A stretch of 64,000 bases of DNA. Origin: Octopus vulgaris (taxonomy: Eukaryota). Where the stretch lies: contig OX597815.1 in assembly GCA_951406725.2 (NCBI GenBank), positions 47,492,001 through 47,556,000 on the forward strand, in the 5' to 3' direction. How positions within the stretch are numbered: the stretch's first letter is position 1; every line of letters begins with the position of its first letter. Shown here piece after piece: positions 55,369 to 64,000 of this stretch. The notes beneath the pieces were generated by a model. The model ran no database searches. It was not told where the DNA came from and was given only the letters and a program-made list of their open reading frames with translations. The translations under genes and the position numbers were made by a program.

Positions 55369-56728
55369 AAGGATCACCCATAGACGAATTACCGCAGCTT
55401 TGTAGTGTTTAACAACACATAAACTGATGTTGATAATGAGTTGCATTTAATACAAAATTCGAATTCTCTTTTACTTGTACGATGCTTTTGCATATCAGCA
55501 CATGAATTTTACGCTATTTGTATATATACTTCTGACTGGCTGTTGCGATTCGTTTCGGAGTGGAGGAGTATGTGACACTAATGATATCGGTATCTGTCGC
55601 ACTCATTCACTTTCGGAACGATTTCGCTTCACCAAGCTATGAAGTATGCTACTTGTTTTCAAAACTATACGTCTTTAAAGGAATCGCTCTCATACAAAAT
55701 ACTGCAACTTTGTGGTGATATTGGTAATGTATATATAATGTATTCTATCATAATATTTCCACATCGTTTCATTTTATTGAACCTCATTTTATGCCCGTTT
55801 TACTTCTGCTAATTCGTTTTTTCTTCTTGATGATCTTGAAATGACTATCTGAATAATGGTTAACTTTTGAAGTGTTAAAAATATTGATATAGCCTAAATC
55901 TTCAGCCATTTTGTAGTTTTTTTCCGTGACATTTCTTCATCATCATCCTAGCTTGTGAAAAAAAAAGGAGCAAATGTAATAAATAAAAGCTTATCTTGAA
56001 TCAGCAATAAATCTATCATCGTCACCTGTTCTTTTGCTCCGTTCTTCTTCCGGTCTCAAGAGCGCGTCCATATTGTTTCATGTTTCGTTGTTTAATGTAT
56101 TTTTCTCTCCAGTTAACAATAGTTAATAACTTGACCGTTTTTTTATAGTATGAGCATGCACGTGTGTGAGTGTGTGTGAGTGTGTGTGTGGTTGTGCGCG
56201 CGTGCACGTTGTATAATTTTTAATGAATAAGTTTGTTATTTATTTGTTATACTTTGCTGTTTGTTAATTTGTGCAATTTGTATAGAATGCATAGCAACCG
56301 GACACGGTTGCAGTAAATCTCTCAACAGCCTCTCGTATAATCGCATATTTGTACCAATTCCTCGGCGATACCATAAATCAAAAAGCGGAACCCAGAAGAG
56401 AGAGACAGAGAGGAAAAGAGAGAGAAGGAGAGAGAGGGAAAAAGAAAGAATTCTTGAAATATTGTTTCTTGCAAGTTTTCATTACTTTTTTTTTTTTTTT
56501 TTGTGATGTATTTTTAAATCAAGCAGATAAACACAGTTGAGCTAATACTATGTAATATCATTAATGTAGGGTCTGAATATGCACACTGGCAATATATTAG
56601 CCAAAATAGAATATAGTTTAACGTGTACGTGTGTATATATCTGAATGCGTGAGTGGTATTTGTCACTAACGCGCGCTTCCCATTAGTGCATCTGTTCAAA
56701 TACACGAGTATATATATGGTGTACAGTG

Positions 56729-57239
56729 TGGAAGCGCAATGGCCCAGTGGTTAGGGCAGCGGACTCAAGGTCGTAGGATCGCGGTTTCGATTCCCAGACC
56801 GGTTATTGTGAGTGTTTATTGAGCGAAAAAGGCCTGAAGCTTCACGATGCTCCGGGAGGGGGTGTGAACCATGCTGTACTCTTTCGCCACAACTTTCTCT
56901 CACTCTTTCTTCCTGTTTCTGTTGTACCTGTATTTCAAAGGGCCAGCCTTGTCACACTCTGTGTCAAGCTGAATCTCCCCGAGAACTACGTTAAGGGTAT
57001 ACGTGTCTGTGGAATGCTCAGCCACTTGCACGTTAATAAATGAGCTGCGACGTCACTGGTGCCAAGCTGTATCGGCCTTTACCTTTCCTTTGGATAACAT
57101 CGATGGCGTGGAGAGGAGAGGCCAGTATGCATGGGCGACTGCTGGTCTTCCATAAACAACCTTGCCCAGACTTGTGCCTCGGAGGGTAACTTTCTAGGTG
57201 CAATCCCATGGTCATTCATGACCGAAGGGGCTCACAACA
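56729..57239 (+). mobile_element. Chimeric SINE: family C 5' part fused to family D 3' part within one TSD
   Basis: Junction cacgttaat|aaatgagctgcgacgtc near 57037; TSD atatggtgtacagtg (56714-56728) / atatggtctacagtg (57240-57254). Confidence 0.85.
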
Positions 57240-57610
57240 ATATGGTCTACAGTGAAAAAGTTTGTGTGCCTATAAAATACATGTGTGTGTGCTTGTGTTT
57301 GAGAGCAATTTATTGTTTAGCAATAGGTCAACGCTGAACCGAAAGACCACTAACGATAGATGCTACAACCATGACTTTCTCAAACACGTATCAACATTAT
57401 GCAAGGGTTTGGTCCTCTTCCTTAAAACTATATGCGGTAGCCTGAACAAAATTTTGTTACTATTTCCAGCAAATTAAACCATCTCGAGAATATTCATTTT
57501 ATGATTTACAATTTTATTTTGCCCCTATTTATCAGTCCACTTCATTCTTCAGTGTAGCTTGCACAAAACAAAAATACTAAAATTGCTACACGCGAAACCT
57601 ACTAAAGGAC

Positions 57611-57988
57611 AAATAAATTGTTATATTTCGGGATGGACATTTTTTCCTTGCCAAATAAGCACGCGCACTATATATTCGTTCTTCACTCGATTATTTTGTT
57701 CTTAATCTATATCATGTCCATTGTCTGGAAATCTTTCGTTACACTTCTGTGACCTCTTCAGCAACTCTTCTGTCCATGTGTTTTCTCCTATTCTGTTTAG
57801 TTCATTATGGACTAAACAGAACAGCATGAACCACGTAGATGGAAGAGATCACAAATGTGTGACGAAAGATTTCCAAACAATGGAAAATAAGGACAATAAT
57901 AGACGAGGGAAGAACGAATATATAGTCAGTGCGTTTATTTGGCAAGAATAAAAATAAAAACCATAGCGAGATATAACAATTTCTATTT
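57611..57988. repeat. ~380-bp imperfect palindrome (foldback/MITE-like)
   Basis: Arms pair in blocks from aaattgttatat.tcg through cttgccaaataa, actatatattcgttcttc and tccattgt.tggaaatctttcgt.acac to ttctgtttagt.cat at the centre (~57806). Confidence 0.8.
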
Positions 57989-58990
57989 CAACACAACACA
58001 ACACAGGAATCTTGCAAAATAAATTCATAAATGTGACAAATAGGTTAATTATGAGAAACATGAAAGTGTAGATGCAATATCTCAGTGATCTGAGAGAGAA
58101 AGCGTAGGTTACTAGATATAGTAGTCTATCTCAGACTGAGCCCGCTTTTCGCTAAATCTAGTTCTGTACAGGAATAGTTTACAATATTTTTCCATTGGAA
58201 TTAAAATTTATCAGTCGTTATTCATCAATCATACTTTTCGATACACATTTTATATAATCTGTTTGGATTTCCTTTTTCCTAATCTTAATACCTGGAAGAA
58301 CTCAATGGTAGTATATCCTTATACCAAACACCTGAGGTGACAAAGACCGCACTGAATGATGCAACACAACTAGATGTACAGTATCCTACGCGTAAGGGAG
58401 AGCTGCAGGATGGATCGAAACGATTGTCGCATTGAATAAAGATTCATACCACATCTATTTTCCCTTTCCCTCATCAATAATGTGTGTATGTGTGTGTAAG
58501 TATGTTTTTGTGTCTGCATGTATGTATGTATGTATGTATGTATGTATGTATGTATGCATGCATGTATGTATTTATGTATCCATCTGTGTATGTATGCACG
58601 TGTATTAATACGAATGCAGAGAGCAAAATACGTTTGAAAAAAATATTTCAGACTTTCATTGCCTACATCTGTTTCAATAATCCTAATGTGTCATTATAAT
58701 TGTATATTTATATAATTGCACATAAGTATTTACATTCACAAGTTTCAATATGTTTGTATACAAACAATTTCATATTCAAATCAAATTTCAATCATTGAGT
58801 TTGATAGTATTATTTTATCCTTTCTTCACGCCGCTCTGTTGCGTACGGCTGTTAAGATGCATCTCCTTAAACGCATAGACGTACAGACGACATCCATCGC
58901 CAGGGTGTCATCATCTGATTTTTCAGAGAAATCCACCTGAATGCTCTCATTGAAAGAAAATACAAATATATTCAGCTGCGAGATATTAAC

Positions 58991-59187
58991 TCTTCTTCTT
59001 CTTCTTCTTCTTCTTCTTCTTCTTCTTCTTCTTCTTCTTCTTCTTCTTCTTCTTCTTCTTCTTCTTCTTCTTCTTCTTCTTCTTCTTCTTCTTCTTCTTC
59101 TTCTTCTTCTTCTTCTTCTTCTTCTTCTTCTTCTTCTTCTTCTTCTTCTTCTTCTTCTACGTCGTCGTCGTCGTCGTCGTCATCGTC
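58991..59187. repeat. (CTT)n followed by (CGT)n microsatellite
   Basis: Read directly. Confidence 0.97.
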
Positions 59188-59616
59188 GATATTGAGTTGA
59201 CCTGATATGATCACAGACATCACAGCTGTGATACAAAAGGCTAATTCGTTCAATGTTTTCTTCTTTATTTAAGATATTAGGATACCAATGTACATACATA
59301 CACATACAAATATACATACATTCATGCACACATACACGCATACATACATGCATGTATGCGTGCATGTATACATACATACATACATACATACATTCATATC
59401 TACATACATACATACATGCATCCATCCATCCATCCATCCATACATACATACATACATACATACATACATACATACAAAACATACATACATACATACATAC
59501 ATACATAATACATACATACACACATACATACATATATACATACATACATACATACATACATACATACATACATACATACATACATACATACATACATACA
59601 TACATACATACATACA

Positions 59617-59900
59617 TAGGCTTGTTCATTCCCATTCCCGTGGACAAGTGTCTTCCATTGCAATCTTGTGAGTGAATTTGGCAGACGGACACTGAAGGAA
59701 TCCCATCTTACCTCTACCAGCGCTTGACAACCGGTGATGGTTTGTTTATATTCAGTAATCTAGTGGTTCCGCAAAAGAGACCTACAGAACAAACAGCCGG
59801 TTTAAAATAAGTACAATGGTCAATTTGTTCGACTAAACCCTCAAGGTGGAGCTCAAGGCTAGCCTCAATTCCATGACTAAAACGCATAAACAAGAAAAGG
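59617..59900 (+). mobile_element. SINE family B, decayed
   Basis: caagtgtcttc..cttgtgagtgaatttggcagacgg..cgcttgacaaccgg. Confidence 0.65.
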
Positions 59901-60019
59901 TTATATATTGAACATATATATATACACACACATACATAGAGAGAGATATGGAGGGAGAAACAGACAAGCAGGGAGATAGACAGACTGACAGACAGACAGA
60001 CAGACAGACGGATAGATAG

Positions 60020-60062
<43 letters not shown>

Positions 60063-60776
60063 CATACACGCTCTCTCTCTCTCACACACACACGACAGAC
60101 TTAAGTGTTGTTTTTGCGGTCAAATCTCAGTCACAAGACAATGACCACTATGGGGCTAAAACAGTTGAAGACAGTTGCCTTTATCTCAGGGGTTGGTACG
60201 AAGGAGTTGAACTTGGAACCACTTTACGAATCAAACGTTTTAACCAGACAGCCAACAGCTATCGCTGCACCAGGTGTTTTGATCAAAATCTTCTCTTCAA
60301 AATTCATTGATCGTGTCTCGTAAATATTTGTGTATTTCAATTGATTAAACAATGCGAAATTGAATTTTGTATCGCAGACGAATGTTTCAAAAGAAATAAT
60401 CTTTTCTTTATTTAAAAGGAATAATGAAATCTTTTGTATATCCATTGTTAAGCAACGCAATGTTTGGCTAATCATTTAAAGCACTTTGTACACAGTATAT
60501 TATGGTATATACCATAGTCATTTGTTTCGTTCCCACTGTTTTATGTTCAGCGAGGAGCTGCGTATTAATGTGTCCAATGATGTTTTGCAAATTCATCTAC
60601 ACACACATAGACATATAGATTCTTTTTTTATATATTTGGAAATGTTAATATACCTCGTGTTGTACTTAATAGCCAGGTCAGGTAATAAATAGTCAGGTCA
60701 AAGGCCCCGTGAAGTTTAACTTTGCCACCTGGTTTGTGGGTAGTATTTGCTGAGTGCGCTCTGATGCAACTATTCT

Positions 60777-60990
60777 TATTTCTTTATTGCCCACAAGAGG
60801 AGACAAACAAGGACAGAGAAAGGGATTAAATCGATTACATCGACCCCAGTGCGTAACTGGTACTTAATTTATCGATCCCGAAAGGATGAAAGGCATTGTC
60901 GACCTCGGCAGAATTTGAACTTAAAACGTAACGGCAGATGAAATACAGCTAAGCATTTCGCCTGGCATGCTAACGTTCCTGCCAGCTCTG
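60777..60990 (-). mobile_element. SINE family A, tail type 1
   Basis: cgaccccagtgcgtaactggtacttaatttatcgatcccgaaaggatgaaaggc. Confidence 0.85.
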
Positions 60991-61324
60991 TCTGGTTCCC
61001 TTTCTGCTTGCCTTTTATTTTTTTTATTTTCTGCAGATTTTAACTTGCTTCTATTCAACCTGATCTTCACTCACATCAGTCTGAACAACCTTGGTGAGCC
61101 ACAAAAACAAAAACAAAAAAAAATTGCGCGTCTCTCCAACTGTGGCTAAATATTGAAAGAAACATCCAACTAAATTAAACGTTTTAAACAGCATGTCTAC
61201 TTCTGAAATATTTACATTATTTGTATAGTTATTCGATGAACGACTTCATTGTGAATTTTTCTATCTTTTTGCCTTTTCCGAATCGCTAAGTTACGGCGAC
61301 ATAAACATACCAACACCAATTGTA

Positions 61325-61567
61325 ATTATTTACATTATTTACATTCGATGGATATTTGTCTTCATCTTGTTTGTTGTTAACACAACGTTTCAGCAGATAT
61401 ACACAGCAGCCTTCGTCAGGTGTCTGATGAAAACACCTGATGAAGGCTAGAGGGTACATCAGCCGAAACGTAGTGCTAACAACAAACAAGATGAGGACAA
61501 ATACCCGTCGAATGTAAATAATGTAAATAATGTACACAATCCCTCATCTCTTAAATATAGAACTGTA
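61325..61567. mobile_element. Palindromic mini-element with two outward-facing hammerhead motifs, inserted into a SINE B copy (61265-61715, minus)
   Basis: Arms 61325-61423 and 61433-61531. Plus motif CAC-CUGAUGA-A-GGCU..AGCC-GAAAC-GUA^GUG (61434-61475); minus motif ACAC-CUGACGA..GAAAC-GUU^GUGU. Confidence 0.7.
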
Positions 61568-64000
61568 CCACTTGTCATGTAGTGATGGCGACAAAAATAA
61601 ACACTAACACACACACACACACACACACAGTTTCCGTCTGGCAAATTCACTCGCAAGCTATTCGTCGGTTTGTGGCTATAGTAGAAGACATTTGCCGCGC
61701 ATAGCGACCTTCGTAATCACACAGCCATACCTGAAATCTCTGTTACATAGCTTTAAGAATCTTGAGAAACTTGTCTTATCGAGTATGTACGCATAAATGA
61801 AGAGGTTGAAAAGTCGATAAAGTTGTTAGATTATCGGATAGAATGCATTGCGAAATTTGTTCCGACAATCAGAGTGCTGAGTTCAAATCGTGCCGGTGTC
61901 AGTTTTGCCTTTCATAGTTTCAGGAGTCAATAATAAAATAACAATCCAGAGTAGTACATTAGCAGAACTGTAAGACCATCGGATTTATTGCGATATTTCT
62001 TCACTCCAATTGTTTTCTCAGTTCCACTCTTACCATAGATGGTAGAATTTTATCCATCATCCGTTTTTGCAGTCACCTCGTATTTTGCGGACCTTTAGCG
62101 GAGTCCACTCTGTTGCAAGCATTCGAGTCACTTCTCCAATTTGAGTATACCTTCCTCTTTCATTTTCTCCTCGCATTAGTTTCGGAGGCCGTGCGAAGGG
62201 TCAAGAGCATTGCCTTTCCTCCTTATTAAAAATAAAAATAAATAGTTCAGATGTATAAAGTTTCAAAATGATTGATATCTTAAGACATTATCAGTATCGA
62301 TTACTTGTTTTATATGAATACAGAATTTATACCAATTAATAATAGTGAACATGAAGTAATACGATAAGAGAAAATAGTAGTAACCTATTTGTAATGATGG
62401 AGCGAGAAAAGTGTATCAAATTGGTGAGCTCTGTTTCAAAAATTTTGATAGCTCATTTATCAAACGTTGGAAGTGAACTCTCCTTGGTAAAGAAACTCGA
62501 GATGTGTTTTTTAATGGTCAAAGCTAATAAGCTCCAGAACACAACGAAACATACCGTACACTAATATGACAGCTTCTTACATTACGTCAGGGATGGATTT
62601 CCTCTGGGAATTAAAGACATTGGTGTTTGCATGCTTAATACACCTTCAAATCGGATAATCCATTTATAGTATTTGATAGTATGTGGTGGTGTATAAAATT
62701 CGGGTGATTTCTTCATAAGTAGATTTTTTTCTACTTCACCTATTTTTGATATACGTGGTTGAAATATAAGAAGATAAGTACATATTTGAGGGGTTCTGTA
62801 AACACTATGTCTCTATATAATCTTTTAATAATATTTTACCTTAATACCGCACCTGCCAAATTTTCTACCGTACAAAGTTATGAATGATTTCGTTTTGCCG
62901 GAATGCATATACGAGAAAAGTATGTGTATGTTTGTATAGATCGTGCATACACATGTGCATATTTGTTCATACTCACAAAAATAAACACGCGTCTACACAC
63001 ACCTATGCATACCTACCTACCTACCTAACTACTAACCTACCTACCTACCTACCTACCTACCTACCTACCTAACTACATACATACATATATACATACATGG
63101 GGAACTTACATCTTTTGTATCCTGACTGAATTCTTATTTGTAGCTATCATCATAGGTGCATTAAGGTATGTACCAACAAATTTGCACAAAAATTTAGAAA
63201 TACTCGGTTTCACCGAGAAATAGCAAAAGAACCTGACGTGGATTCTCCAAACCCAATCTGTTAGTGGCACAGTGAAGACATTCCAAAATTTCTCCATGTG
63301 AGATTATTATGTGAATAGATGCACAAACTTGGGTGTATGTATCGATAATTCAACCTACACACCAATTCATCAGCATATTTACAAACACCGGGAACTCTCT
63401 TAACTCAAAATGTTTTGTCGCTTTGTTAGCGACTGGCTTGACCTCTCACAAGAAAAACTTTAATAAAACTCAAAGGCAAAAATCCATAAGTGAATAGCTT
63501 TCCTTTTAAATTCTAGTTTTATCAAGATTTATAAAATATTTTTCTGTGAGTTCCTTGCAGAATGTTTGGATCAGTAAACTCCCCAAACGCATTCTCAACG
63601 TTTCTCATGCTACCAACTAGAAAATGAGGGTGGGAAGGTTTCGGAATGGTAGGTAAACGTTGACTAAAGCACATTGATTTTCAATACATATGTGTGATTA
63701 TGTATGATGATGAACTAATACTGGTGTATTTCATCTATTTTCTTATTGCATGGTACTGATTTTTTAAGAACCGGAAATAACAAGTGTTTGTTATTTGAGA
63801 TAGAATCTCATTACATACCTGACGATTTGTTGTATAGACCAGGTAAAACATAACATTAAGCACCGCGTTGTGTTTATGTGCGTGTGCGTGCGCGCGGCAG
63901 TGCGTGCGTGTGCGTGCGCGCGGCAGTGCGTGCGGTCGTGAGTGCATGCGTGACTGCGTACTTGGGTGCGTGTGTGCTTATGAAATGGCGAAACTGAGAA

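Noticed and set aside
58820-58945. Moderately GC-rich possible exon on the minus strand
   Set aside because: Weak splice signals, short frames and no recognisable protein.

Overview
AT-rich, repeat-saturated eukaryotic DNA that is intergenic or deep-intronic. The SINE families and very dense (TA)n/(CA)n/(TATG)n/(AGAT)n/(ATT)n microsatellites suggest an octopus genome (inference). I find no intact protein-coding gene, and almost all ORFs in the track are microsatellite translations. Recognisable content: two mariner relics, a near full-length decayed DD37D (maT) element, two hAT relics, a pogo/Tigger-type MITE, one clear and one probable non-autonomous Helitron, RTE and R4/Dong-like LINE fragments, and more than 40 SINE copies or fragments with mix-and-match heads and tails. 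The most interesting signal is a set of non-coding elements carrying minimal type I hammerhead-ribozyme motifs, often as outward-facing inverted pairs like Penelope inverted pseudo-LTRs. The best case is a ~2.4 kb near-perfect foldback at 52.5-55.0 kb with a well-formed hammerhead in each arm and a 30-bp inverted copy of flanking DNA. All alignments and folds were done by eye; SINE boundaries without a TSD are approximate.
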